Source: Paragordius varius (taxonomy: Eukaryota; Animalia; Nematomorpha). From it: DNA of 64,000 nt. The notes under the pieces are model-generated. The model was not told where the DNA came from. It did no database searches and was given only the letters and a program-made list of their open reading frames with translations. Of the stretch, positions 12,777 to 27,700 are shown one piece after another. Numbering within the stretch: position 1 is the first letter of the stretch; each line of letters begins with the position of its first letter. The position numbers and the translations under genes are program-made. Location of the stretch: positions 1,426,001 through 1,490,000 of the forward strand of contig OZ176054.1 in assembly GCA_964247055.1 (NCBI GenBank). The letters run 5' to 3'.

Positions 12777-15700
12777 ATGGCTAGTAACTTAGTTCTTCAT
12801 ATATTTGCCTTGATATGTTTCACCGAATTAATGATACCGGGATTGTCGGAATTTGTCGGTAAATACGAAATTCGTCAAATTTTTAAATCATAAATATAAT
12901 GTTTTTTTACTTTCTAGTTTATACCGACTTGGATGCTGGAACCTTTAAATCTATTCCAACGAGTACATCTATCACTTTAATTTTCATATCTTATGTTTTC
13001 TGATTAATATATTACTGATTATTTATAGCACTGCAATTGTATGAAAATCAAAAAGGTAAACAAATGTGTAAAACTTGAAATAATTTGAAACATTGCATTA
13101 AATTCCGTTTTTTCTCGAATACTGTTAAAATGAAGCGTACAAATCGTGAAATATAATAGACAAAACGATTAAAAAATATTAATAACATCAAAATAAATTT
13201 ACACCTTATATGAAACGAACGGCAGATTTGTTCCATTAATAAGTATTTTATAATAGGAATGTTAGGCCAAATATTAATTTATCAAACCATATTTTTAGTA
13301 AAAAATTATTTGAACGAACAAATATAAACTTAGCGATAGAAAAAAATCTTAGCTGGCAGTATACTTGTATAAATTATATATACTATTAAAACCAAAATAT
13401 GAAAAACAGTTAGGTACAAAAAATAATTCATAATGGTGTGAACCAATCATTTTAATCATGTTTACACATTTACAAATATAATTTTTTCATAATCTGAATG
13501 ATGATAAAATAACTAATTAAATATCAATATAAATTTTAGTTTTTTTTATATTGAAAATTATAGATAAAAGTCGTAATATAACCCCATTTCCCAAAAATAC
13601 AAATATAAATCAATCATTTTTTAGATATTATAATGGCAAAAAATTCATTTCAGTGTTGTTAAAATATTTTCCAGCCCGTTGCAAACTTAAAATGCGCATA
13701 CATATTTTTAAAACACCGATTTTTTTCCAATTATATTTTAACGTGTCCCTAACACTCAATCTATCAATGAAACATTGTGTGACAAAATATTTTCAAATGT
13801 TTTCAAAAATACAAGATAATTTTTTAATTTGTCCGATTTGTAGAACATATGTTAAAATGCTTTATCAATTAATATCGCGATGAGTTGGAATTATTTAAAC
13901 AAAATCTAACTATCAATGGTTATAATTGCATTTTATTTAGCATTTTAAAAACAAAATTTTGAAATATATTTGATAACTTAAACGTTTTTTAAGACTTAAT
14001 TTTCAATATATATATTATAGAGTTAATGGAAAAAGGTAATGTTATCTCTTAATTTTTTTCTTAAATAAAAATTAAAATACGGACAAAACGTGATAATTTT
14101 TTTCAAAAGACAACCCTATTTTTTTAAACCAAAATTTATCCATTAAAAATCATTTAATCACAATCAAAAATATAATTGATTGTGTTACCAATTTACATGT
14201 CTATTTTATGCAATTTAAAACAATTGAATAAAACAAACATTTATTATGGTTGTCTTTTATTAAAATATTATTTTACGTTTTGTCCGTATAATTTTTACTG
14301 TAAAATATAATTTTATATTATAGTCGATCAATGGAACACTTCTCTCAAAAGTATGTTATATTATTGCTAATTGAAAATTAAATATTTGCCGTAGTTATAA
14401 ATTTAATAAATTTATTTAAATTAGTAAACGAGGATTACATTATGCCCCTTCGTTATGAGATTTATTCACTCGAAAATCGAAGTAGATTTTTTCTTTTTCA
14501 AATTATTTTTAATTATTTAAAATTTTATATATTTTTTATTTAATTAATTTTTCCTCAAAAAAAGATATACAATGGTTTCCGAATCAGGTATAAACTTATA
14601 ATTTCAGGATACTCCTTGCTAAATTATTGTTTTAAATTTATTTTAAATTGTTAATGATGAGTTTTTGTTCCAACAATATATGTGATATTCTATGGCAAAT
14701 AATTTAACATATAATTTTCTAGTCCATTATTCAATCAAGTTTATTTTATTTTTTATTTTAAATTCTTTTAAATAATAAATAGATATTTATGATTGATTAA
14801 TACGTTTTAATTATAATTATCTAGTTTACAATTATTCCGATGCCGTTTTGGATGATTTAAGTAAAAATTGGGTTTTAGATATAAGTTGAGCAAATATTAA
14901 ATATAGTAAAAATTTAAATTATACAGACAAAATGTAAAAACATCGAAAGACTATTTCATACTTTTTAAACCCAAATTTTTCCTATAAAATTAATTGTTTA
15001 CAATTGTAATTTAGATCTTATTTCATACTTTGCGCAGTATAATGGTTTAAAAAGTAGAAGCGGTTTTAAAAAAATATTTGTCTTTATGTTTTTACGTTTT
15101 GCCTGGATAATTTCAAATTTTAATTTGTAATTTAACTAGTTGAAGATCGGCACAAACTGAAAAGAAAATCACGTTGTCGAACTTACACGTTTGAAAGTAA
15201 ATATTAATACCATTTACAGCTCAAATTCACCCTCGAACAATTCAAATTGTCCCCTAAAATAAATTGTGTGGTTTTGAATATTAATAATTGCCTATATTAT
15301 TTTACATTTTTATCAAATGAAATTTCGTTTAAAATTAACGTATTACTGAAAAAATAATAAACTATGCTACAAAGAAAAATATTTCATATTAATAATTCTT
15401 ACCCCGACACATAAATATTTTTAGGGTGAATATGAATTGTTCGAGCGCGAATTTGAATTGTTCAGAAAATTATGGTGTATCTGAACATTGATTTTTGCGC
15501 CATCCATATACCTATAAATTATTTTTTAATTTTTGATTTTTATATTAATTTTTTGCGCATAACTTTAAATTAGCATTGCATACAAAAATTTTTTTAATAC
15601 ATTTTAATTATGATGGGATATCTCGATAAATAAATTTGTATACTATAAATTTTTTAGAAAATCTAACCAGTGAGGGAATGATTAATGGCTCCCTTGGTAA

Positions 15701-18700
15701 ATAATTATTATTTTCCCAAAATTTAAACAATACCTATTGAAATATTTTAATTTTTGAATATAGTTAAAGAAATATGGAGCAGATACACTTTAGGTAAATA
15801 TTGGTGAAAAAATATTTTAATTTTAATTTTAATTGTGCAGGAATCCCTGATGTCAGCAAGAACAAAGCTGGTCTCGAAAATAAAACATGCTATTATTTAG
15901 CTATCGGCGAATACGCTGAAAAGAAAATACCTAAAAAATTCGATTTAAGTATAAATATATTTTTATTTTTTAAAGTGAAATTCAAATGGCAATATTCATA
16001 TATATTTACTTCAAATTTAGTATCCTATAAAGCTAACTTAGACATTGAAAATGGTATCTATTTTCTTATACAGTAAAGCAATTAAAATTATACTGACAAA
16101 ACGTAAAAATTAAAAGATAATATTTTTTATAAAAAGACAACCATACTTTTTTAACCGTTATTATTCCCGCATAACGTATTTAATTACCATTTTGAATTAT
16201 ATAATTCAGTGTTTTAACGATTTGCAACTCTATTACTTATTTTAAACAGATTAATTATATCAAAAAATGATGATTGAAAAAAATAATTTTCTGATAAAAA
16301 TTTTTTGTCCTTAAAATTTTAAATTTCGTCTGCGTAACTATCTTTATTTAATAAATAATTATTTTATCATTCGTTTTCTGCCAATAGATAGGGAATATCA
16401 CTACATGATTCGCAATTTTACATATTTGGGTAAAATAATTAATCATTTTTATCAAACATTTTATTTCCAACATTTTTAAAAATGTATATATTATAGATTA
16501 TCCACACCGAGCCAATATATGTCCTATTACACAATCTCCATTGGATTACACAACTTTTGGTATTTAAATTTTTGTGCCAATGTTCAAAATTTTTTACGAT
16601 GTTTAAATTGCCTTAAATATTTTTTTAGTTAACAGGAATTCAATGAAAAACAAGCACCATCCTACAATTCGGAACAGGGGTAAACCTCAATCTAATTTTG
16701 TTAATATTAGTTATACGACTGGGTCTTCCTTTTTTTAAAAAAATAAGCTAAGGTCAAAAAAAATTGAAGTAGCTACATTATTATAATAAATCTAAATCGA
16801 GATGCGCCATCTGCCTAGTAACATCTTATATTAGTTTTTATGGATATGATTTCCGCTAAAATATAATTGATTTTGTTTATTTTTTTGTCAAAATATATAA
16901 ATTATAAAAGTTTAGACCATTGTTAAATATCGGCCCCTGGGTTTTAATCAATTAATTATATTGTATTCAGTGTTTTTAATTTGTTGTAAACTACATAACA
17001 ATGGGAACATGTGAACGTGCTAAAAATTATTATCATTTCAAGATTTTTGGATTATCCCACACTTGAATTATTTATAAATATATTTTTGAAATAATTAATA
17101 TATAATTACGATAGATTATAATGCATTGATGGGACTGAGAGGTAATGCCATATATTTTTTCATTAATTTTTTTCTATAAAATAAAATATTTATTTATCTT
17201 GTCAATAGAACGATTGATTAGAGGTATGTATGTTTAATAATAAAATAATGACACATAAATGTCGCCTCTTTTATATTAGTTTTTGAATATAACATAATAT
17301 TATATAGGAAATAATTGGAAAAATTCGTCAAGAGGTAATCTAAAATATATGGACCTAATGTTTCGATTATTTACTAATATAATTAAATATTTTTAGCATT
17401 TCCAAGCGAAAATTTTGAGATAACTCTCTTTTACAATCTGCATTACTTTGCACATCAAGGTATTACATAATTTTCTTATATAAACTTTCATGATATATAT
17501 ATATATATATATATATTCCTTATCAGAAATGTTACCCGATTTTAAGGTAAAATTCGCAATTTGAATTATTTAAAATATATATTATAACAGTCAAGTTATG
17601 AAACACGTATGTATCTGACCCTATTTTTATATATACCATTTACAGTTCAAATTCCCCCTTGAACAATTCAAATTCACCGTTGAACAATTCAAATTCACCC
17701 TTGAACAATTCAAACTTACCTTTGAACAATTCAAATTCACCCTAAAAATAAATTATGTATTTTCGAACTAATATAACTCATTATTAATATGAAATATATG
17801 TTTATGTTATAGTTAATTATTTTACAGTATTATTTTAATTTAAAACAAAATTTTTATTTTTTAAAAATATATGAAAATAAGGGTAATTTATAATCTTAAA
17901 AAATTTATATTTTATTTGAGGGGTGAATTTGAATTGTTCGAGGGTGAATTTGAATTGTTCAAGGGTGAATTTGAATTGTTCAAGGGTGAAATTGAAATGT
18001 AATTGGTATATTTGATTTTTTATTATATATATATATATATACTTTGTGAAAAAAGAGGGTCATTTTGATTTAACGAAATATTTTTTTCTCATGAGATAGC
18101 TTATGACCAGCGTATTCATTTGCCGCAAAAATTTTTATTTGTTGGCAACAGTTTTTGAAATATTGAGAGAAAATCGAAATCGGGCAAAAAGTGAAAATAA
18201 AGGATAATTTTCAAAAAATAATGATAAAATCTGAAATATTATCGTTTATTTTCATTTTAGGAGATATTTTCAATATATAAATAGCCTAAAATCATATAGT
18301 TAGGGTTTCTATAAAATTTCAGGTCAAAAGATGGCGTTTTTCTTTTATCGCACTTAAAAGACAAAAAAATTAATGACACTATATTAAAATAATTTTTTAT
18401 ATGCTAACTAACACAATTAAAATTTTAACATTCATATATTCAGTAAAATAAACTTCTAAATCAAAATAAAACCAGAAATATTGTTTTTATATTTTTGCAT
18501 TTTTTTGTTATCTGGTTTATGAGTATATAAAAAAATTTATACTGTTTTATTTTGGATTCTTACATGATTAAGCATTATTAAGTATGAAAATAGGATTTAA
18601 AAGTAGTAAAATATCAACCAACAATCCTCACAACTTCCTGTAACAAGTCTGTTTTATGACAAATTAATATTTGTATTGGGATTTGTACGGATTGTTGGTT

Positions 18701-21700
18701 GATATTCCACTAATTTTCAATCCTATTTTGCATAAATTATATACTTAATAATTCCCACTCATTTAAGAATCCAAAATAAAACAGTATAAATTTTTTAACT
18801 CATAAACCCGATGACAAAAAATGCAAAAATAAAAAACAAAATTTTTGGTTTTATTTTGATATAGACTTTATTTTCCTGAATAAAATATGAATGTTAAGAT
18901 TTTAATAGTGAGTTTAGGTAGTAAATAATTAAAAAAAAATATAATATAGTTTCATTAAATTTTTTTGTCTTTTAGTATAAAAGAAAAACGCCATCTTTTG
19001 ACCTGAAATTTTATAGAAACCCCAACTATATCATTTTAAACTTTTATATATCGAAAATATCTCCTAAAATGATGATAAACGATAATATTTCATATTTTAT
19101 CATTATTTTTTGAATTATCCTTAATTATCCTTAATTTTCACTTTTTGCCCGATTTCGATTTTCTCTCAATATTTCAAAACCTAGGTTGTCAACAAATAAA
19201 AATTTGCGGCAAATGAATACGCTGGTCATAAGCTATCTCATGAAAAAAAAAATTTTTGCACACTGTGTATATACACCATTACAATTTTGGATTTAATTAA
19301 AACCCCTAGGGACCACCTTAATTTTAGATAATGCTTTAATGCTCTGAAAATTTATTTACCCTTATAAGCTTATTTAATGAAATTACTAGATCCAGAAAAT
19401 GATATATTTTTTCAAATTCATATTTTTATTTAAAGTTGGTTAATTTTATAAAATTCATGATGTATAAAGAGAATATTTTTAACGAATTCCCTTTTATAAC
19501 CTGCGCATTTTAAAACAACAATTTTTTATGTAATTTCAAGTTTAACTATTTCAAAAAACCTGATTGATAAAAAATATAGATATTTTAGTTCTATCAAAAC
19601 CAACTATTGCCAAAATTGTATTATTAATTGTACTTAGTTATCAATTATACGGAATCCGCTATGACGAATCTCAGTAATTTGAAATAATTTTATTATTAAT
19701 TTCAAAAATTATATCTTATTTACATATAGCGAAACATTCACATTCACCCTACTTTCAAAGCTATTATTTCGCAAGTAATTTAAATTTTAACCATTAATGT
19801 GCTATTTTACCCAAAATTAACCCTTAACATACTTTGCAGAACGTTTTCCTTCCCATGGGAAATTGAATGGATCACAAAGTAATATAGATTGATTTTTAAT
19901 AAAATCAAAGTTGAGAGATTTTATTACAATAATTCTTTTTACTTATCATTATAGTACAAGAAATATCGCAATTATATGGTAAACTATTGAAATTTTATAT
20001 CTAAATCTATCAACTATCAATGCTTTTCATTCGCTATTTAGATATGTTTGCTAATGAGCGAGAAGAATTTACAGAAACTCCAAACGCACAAAATTCAGAA
20101 AACAGAACATGTTATTATATAACATTTGGGCGGAGCCTTGATTACCCCTTACTTAAATATTTTTCCAACCGTAGAGGTATATTTATATTTAAATAGTCGT
20201 CATAATTGAGTAAAATAAGTTTTATAAAAAAATATTTATAAACGCATTCGCGTCTTATGAAAAAAAACCAATTCAAATTTTAATATAATCTTTTCTTACA
20301 AAAACCATTAATCAATGTTAATAATTTTACCCGATTAATTTAATTATTTGACTCGTCATCATTTTTTGACTAATAATAATATTAAATAACATTCATCTGC
20401 AGATCTTGTCAATAAATTGTCGGAATTGCGGACCGAATCTCTTAAAAAAGGTATAATATTATATTAATGTCCTTTCTTCAAAAAAATATAAATATATTAT
20501 AAAATTTGTATAGATACCCCTTACGATTACATTGTTAGGAAAACGACATATCTTGGTAAATGTTTTAAATCAACATATATCTATTTCGAAATTTTATTCA
20601 TTTGCATTATGTAAATTTAACATAAAAAATATTTTTTTTAATTTCAAACAATATCAATTTTACAGAAGAAACACATATGCCAAAATTGTGCCCAATCTTA
20701 TTGTCAACCAATATCAATAATTCAAATAAAGGTATAATTTATTTATTTAAAATCAATATTTGAAAAATAATATATTATAACCGCCTTGAACTTGAATTTC
20801 AAACTAAGATTTTTATACCATACATAATATAATTTTTAAATCCGTAATATTTATTTAAAATATATTTTTCCTTTTAAAAAGATATTTGCATAAATCAGTG
20901 CCCCATGGCTACATTACCACATTTTCAGAAAATAAGGAAATATAATATACGAAATACTACACACTATTATTTTCCATTTATTACTGGTTATTCCGTTGCC
21001 AAAAACGTCTTAAATGAAAATATTTACCTTTAAAAACCAACTATATTACTTTAAATTCAATCAATAAAATTTATATAAATATTTAAAATTTGACCCTTTA
21101 TCGAACAACCAATGGTCTTCTTAGAATCCAAGCAATAGATATTCGGGCTTTTGCAATTTACAAAATTTTGATTTTTCTCTTTTTAACGCATTGGACACTG
21201 CTTACAGTTTGCGCATAGAAAAATACTTTAGCCTGCTACCTTTGGGTTAATAATTGGCTTCGTTACAAAATTATATATATATATATTTTTCAAATTGTCA
21301 TCGAAATTTAAAGCATAAATTTTCATAATTAATTGTTATATTTATGTATGCTATGTTAGATAATGTGAAAATACATTTAAAAACAAATATATTGCCGACA
21401 ATGCGTCCCAGTGCCAAAGCACATGGTAAGTATTTAAAAGTTTGAACTTCAAAAAAAATTAAAAATTTATGTTATAAAGAATTATTAAACACATTACGGG
21501 AAATTATATCACATCTATTAGAGTAAACCGCTAATAATAAATTTAATTACGTTATACGGCCAATATTAGGCATTTAGGCCCCCATTAATGCGGTTTATAG
21601 CCTAATGTCTGGCGCTTATTTTAAGAATCATTTTCCCATTTTTTTAAAAAAGAATTTAATACAATGTATTCACTCTACCATAAAAAAATATACATATATA

Positions 21701-24195
21701 CATTTTTGATTATCTTTTAAACCAAATATCCATAATTCATATAAATGATAATTTATATTCATAGAAATGGACGAAAATTTAAATTTAACCCAGATTCATT
21801 TTAAATTATAAATATATATTTTAGATTCCAAGGAACTTAGAAATCTTAAAGGTAATCAATTTTTGAATTTTTAAATATATATATATATATTAAAAAAAAT
21901 AATTTAGAACGTCTAATTACAGGTAAAAAATATATTCAAATGGAATTCTTTTCTAATTTTTCGTATTATAATGTTATGTAATTATACAATAAAAATCGTG
22001 ATAATCCTAATAATTATTTTGACACTATGAATGCTTCTGTGATAGGAAATAATTGGAAAAATCAATCAAAAGGTATTATATTTTTAATTAAAAAAATTTT
22101 ATATGAGGACTGTTTTTATGATATAAAATAAAATATTTTCAATATTATCTCTCTCTAAATATATATATATATATACTTTAAAGCTTCACCCAACGTAAAT
22201 TATGTAATAACCCTGGCCTACAATATGCATTACTTTGATAACCAAGGTATAAATACCGTCATTTTTTTCATTTTGTCGCGATTTTATGCCATATTTTTTT
22301 TATTTACCCTTTCTAGCACCCTTGCCTAAATTTGACGTAAGATTAAATAAATTTATCTAAAATAATTTTAAATTTATGTCCCTGCAGTCTAGTTATGAAA
22401 CACGTACGTATCTTAAAATAATTAATTTTTTTAAAGTAGCCAATTAATTTCGTCAAACATATAAAATGAAATGTTTCGTCAATTTTAAGTTATGCGAATC
22501 TTGGGGTCCTCCCAATTTTACTATTTAGAGCTTATATCTAGCATTCAGACTTTTTATCCCCCAATATATTTTCAATAATTGAAATAAAAACATGGGTTTA
22601 AATGATTTGAGTTTCAATATTCTTGAAGCATTTGGCATTATACCTGTTTAGCAACTTATTTAATACTCTAATTTGCAAATAAAAGAAGAGCTTAATGTTT
22701 TCTTTTACGCTTTTTTGGAACCTAAATATGTCATTGTTTTAAATTAAATTGTTTTGCTCCGCTGTTCTCTAGTTAATACATATAAAATAAAAATTTAGAT
22801 ATATTTTTTTACATTGCCCATTGAAATTTTTTTCCGCCCTTCAATATTTAAAAAATAAAAAAAGAGCTGTTTAATTGGACTTTGGCAAATTGTTGTTTCG
22901 CTTAAAATTGGGATATCTAAATACCCTGAACTAAATTTAAGTTGGTATTTTCAAAAAACAACTGAATAAAACGGCCTAATTTATAATTAAACTTGTATCC
23001 TAATAAACAGTATATAAACGAAATATCTAAGAAAAATTTAGTTTTGAAAAACATATAAAACTACTTATACGCCATTTTTATTTAACAATATTTAACAAGT
23101 TTATATGTTATAGCTAAAATCAAGGCTATTATATTGAAACAAATATGAAAAGTGGTTTGTTTGTATTATTTTTAAATTAAATTTATGCACACATGCCATG
23201 TTGACTTAATTTTCACCTTTAAGTATTACCTTAAAATATGTAATTTCAAGTATTTTAAAATGATATTTTTGTTTTATAAGTATGGCTTCAATTCATTTAA
23301 ACAAGTTTGGGGTATCCAACTACCCCAATTTTATGAAATGACTCTGTAAGTGTTAATAAATTCGTATCAATTAAATACGATGTTTTTGTTATTAGCAAAG
23401 AATGTTTACGGTTAAACATATCCAGAATAGAATTTTTAATATAAAATAATGATATACATCTTTTAACCGTTTTAGTTATCAACTATACGGATACAATTAT
23501 GCCAAACATAAGTAATATCAATATATATAATAAATTGTTATTTATTTTATGTATATATATATATATATATATTTAGACGATCAATCAGTTTGGATCTATT
23601 ATCAAACCTATTATTTTCAAAGTAATTAAATTATTTTTTCCCATAATTTATTACGAATATAACACGATCTTTTTATAGAACGCTTTCCCTCTCAAGGAAT
23701 ACTCAACGGTTCTCAAAGTAAGAAAATTTTATTAAATTATAAAAAATTTAACAACTGTTTTATGCTATAAAATCAAGGGTTTATTTTTCGTTTTTTGAAT
23801 AGTATGTTCACAAAAATTCGCAGAACCAACTTGATGATAAATATAACATGATTTACTTAAGCGCCAAAAATACTAATAATTTTTATCAATAGACTTATTT
23901 GTTGGCTGAACCTAGAGTTAATTATTTAAACGAAATCAATAAGCTTCCAAAACATACAAACGGACATAATATATACCATTTGCACTTCAAGAGTCTACTT
24001 CGATACTTCTAATACGCCCTCGAACAATTCAAATTCACCCTGAAAATAATTTAAGTTTTTTGGGCAGTTCATAAAATCATAGTATAAAATATATTCTTAT
24101 GGCATAATTTATTATTTTTTCAGTACTATATTAATTTTAAATAATTTCATTTTTTATTTTAAGATAAATTTGAATTGTTCACGGGTAAATTAAAT

Positions 24196-24230
<35 letters not shown>

Positions 24231-24685
24231 TTTGCACTTCAAGAGTTTCTTTCCTTCAATACTTCAAGTTGTCCTTAAACATTTAATTTGAATTCAATCA
24301 TAAATTTTGCATGTATTATTTAATATCTTGTCCTAACTTTCTCGATCATTATATACACATTTAAAATTGATATTTTTAATTTAATTCCCGTTTTTCTTTT
24401 GGACTATTTTTTTTTCCAATTTTGATAAATTTTATTCAATTAAAAAATTCTTGAGCGAAAAATTGTTGTAATTATAACTCAGAAAACCTTATATTTTGTT
24501 AAGTCTTATTAATTTTAGATTATTTTTTAATAATTAAATAAAGGGATACGGTTTCTGAATAAAAGAGTTGATGTAGATTATATGGTTAGATCAAGAGAAT
24601 AGGTGAAAATATGTATATGAATGATCACGGTTTAAAAACAAATTAAAAAAGTAAAGGACCATGAAGTGGAATTCGCAATTGGTTC

Positions 24686-24721
<36 letters not shown>

Positions 24722-27700
24722 AAATGTCACTAATACAATTTATGTCATTACTCATTCGAGATTAGGAAAAAAGAGACTTTAAATACTATAATATTTACCT
24801 GAATAATTATTTTTTTTTATTGTTATTTAGTAAACGAAATCTCGCTACTATATGGTAATATAATATATTTTTAAATAAATATCTCATGTAAATATACCTA
24901 AATGACAACAATATATAGATTATAATGCTGACATGCAAAAGGAATATGATCTCTTGATCAAATACCCCAACCCTCAAAGTACAGAAAACAAAACTTGTTA
25001 TTATATGACGTTTGGGCGCAACATTAACAAATCATTGCCTAACTATATTTCCAAACGTGATGGTTAGATTTTTACATTAACTTTTGCTGCTTTGAAAAAA
25101 GATTAGATAATATTGAATTGAAAATTAAATTTATCGAAATTTTAAAAATTCTATAAATTTTCCATTAAATCCCCAAAAAATGTATCCTACATCGTAATTA
25201 AAAACCTTTTTTTATTAAAAAAATATTTTAAACCAAAATTCGATTATTTGATAAAGTTTTCATATAATAATTATATTTTTTTGTGTAGATCTTCTTGCCA
25301 GTTTACGAGAACTACGCACTGAAACTCTTAAAAAAGGTATGCTCTTATTTTTGTTTTAAAATTAACTAAATATTTTAATTTATTGTCAATATTGTAGAAT
25401 TACCCTATAATTATATGGTTCGACAAACGACCTATCTCGGTAAAAATTTAAATTTTAGATAAACTTTTTTCAAAAATTAATTTTGTGCATATTAATAGAT
25501 CAATCCTTACCCAATCTTTGCCCCATTCAAGCTATTGAAGAGATACTGCCATCGAATAAGACATCAAATAAAGGTATGTTCATTCACTTTTTCTTCACTT
25601 TTGAATAATTTAAATTTTTTTGTTCAGGACTTAAATTCTTCTTATATATCTAATAAAGTAGTTTCAGAAAAACCAGCAGCTCAAAACATAAATGTCACTG
25701 TGAATTCCACAAAAGGTCCATATAATTTGGATCCAATACCCGAACCTCATATACTTAGTAAGATACTAACTGGAATATTTTTTATTAAATTTGCAGAACT
25801 GCGCAGTTTGTACTATTTAATTAATATTTATAGAAAGTTAAATAATTAACTGATAAAAATATGATTATGTTTATATAAACTATTGTCCAGCTTTTTTACC
25901 AATTGTTGTACTTGAAACTAAGTGTATGTTCAGTTTAATTTATTTTCCCGATCGATATTTAGATGGTCCAATTGAATCAAAAACTACGGTAGCCTTGCCA
26001 TCTATATTACCAAAAGACCAAGCACGGAGTAATATTATAGTATAAACAATTTTAAGAGTCTTGGTTTTCTAATAAATATCAAAAGTTCCCAAACCATTTT
26101 TGTAGTTATAACAGGGCAATAGGACGTTTAATAACTTTTCATTATAAATTAAGTCGAAAACTATGTTTATGTAGTTTATTTAAAAAGTATAAACATAATT
26201 AGTATTTTTCCTGGGGATTTTAACCTGTCAAAAGACGGTATGACTCTTATCAATAATGTCCTCTACGGTCAAACCAATCAATTATAAGACAAAAAAAATC
26301 CATTTTTCTATTAAATGTGTTTATCTTCTTAATTCAAAAATTATTTGAAATATCTCCTTCTGGAAATTTAGCCATAATTATTCCTTAATTTTTGATCCTT
26401 TTATTAGTTTAAGTTATGTTAAATTTCTACGTTTATTCGTTTAGTTGTGATTGCCGGTAATTTGAATCAGATTATATTATGTTGTCGTTTAGAATTATAA
26501 TTGAATGTCACTCTACTAATAAATAAATTTCTTTATTTTCCAGGGGCGACGCTTACAGGCATAGCTGGTAAATACTATTTTTTGCTCTATATTCCTAACA
26601 ATTACATAACAGCATTGCACTATATTTATGAATATGGAATAGAGATGTACAGTCATGTAGACTTTATATTGTTAAAGATTTACTTTTTTTCGTTAATTGG
26701 GTATTAATATTTGGTAAAGAATATAAAAACAAGAGCAATATGGTATTACCATATCATATTCTTTAAAAAAGTAAAAAATGAAGGGGAAGGGCGTCGGAAA
26801 TCTTTGGTAAAAATGAAAATACACTAACTACTAACCCTTCACTTAAATTTGATGGATATTTTTAATGTTAAATTTTGAGAATATCATAGCAATTTATGTT
26901 AACATTTGGAATATTGTTGTTACGTAATTAGATGCGGAATTTTGTGGGTTTTTATCTTTAATAATAATTTAATAAATTGTAAAATGGGTATTTTATTATT
27001 TATGTTAAATTCAATAATTACTATTTTTCAACATGATAAATACCTGTATTAATCGATATTGGTATTTTATATGGTTGTTATTAGTAATTAAAATACAGGT
27101 TATATATTTGTTAAAATTTAAGTAGATTTTGGATTGTTTTTGTTTTTATGTTATTCATTGTCAATTTTTATCTATTGACATTTTAATCAGGTAAAATTGC
27201 GGTTTTTAAATTTAGTCAAATTTAATTTTTTTGTTTTTTATTTAACATTGTTAATTGTAATTAATTACATATTGTGATTTTAAAATTACAGGTGAAAATT
27301 GTGGTTTTTAATAAATTTAGTAAAATTGAATTTTTTTGTTTAGGATTTGCATTGTAATTTCAAAAAAACTGGTAAAAATGGCGGTTTCAAAATTTTTTTT
27401 ATTGTTAATTGTAATTAATTACATATTGTGGACATTTTAATAATTACAGGTAAAAATTGCAGTTTTTAATAAATTTAATAAAAATTGAGTTTTTGTTTTT
27501 TAGGATTTGCATTGTTAATTGTAATTAATTTATTTGGTCATTTTAATAAATACAGGTAAAAATTGCGGTTTTTATTACTAATTGAATAGCAATAAATGTC
27601 GATATCTGTATATCCCAATTTTTACTGTAATATTTATGTATATATAGGTGTGGGTGTGGCAATCGGGACAGCGACCGGAACGGCTGCAGCCTCAGCTGGA

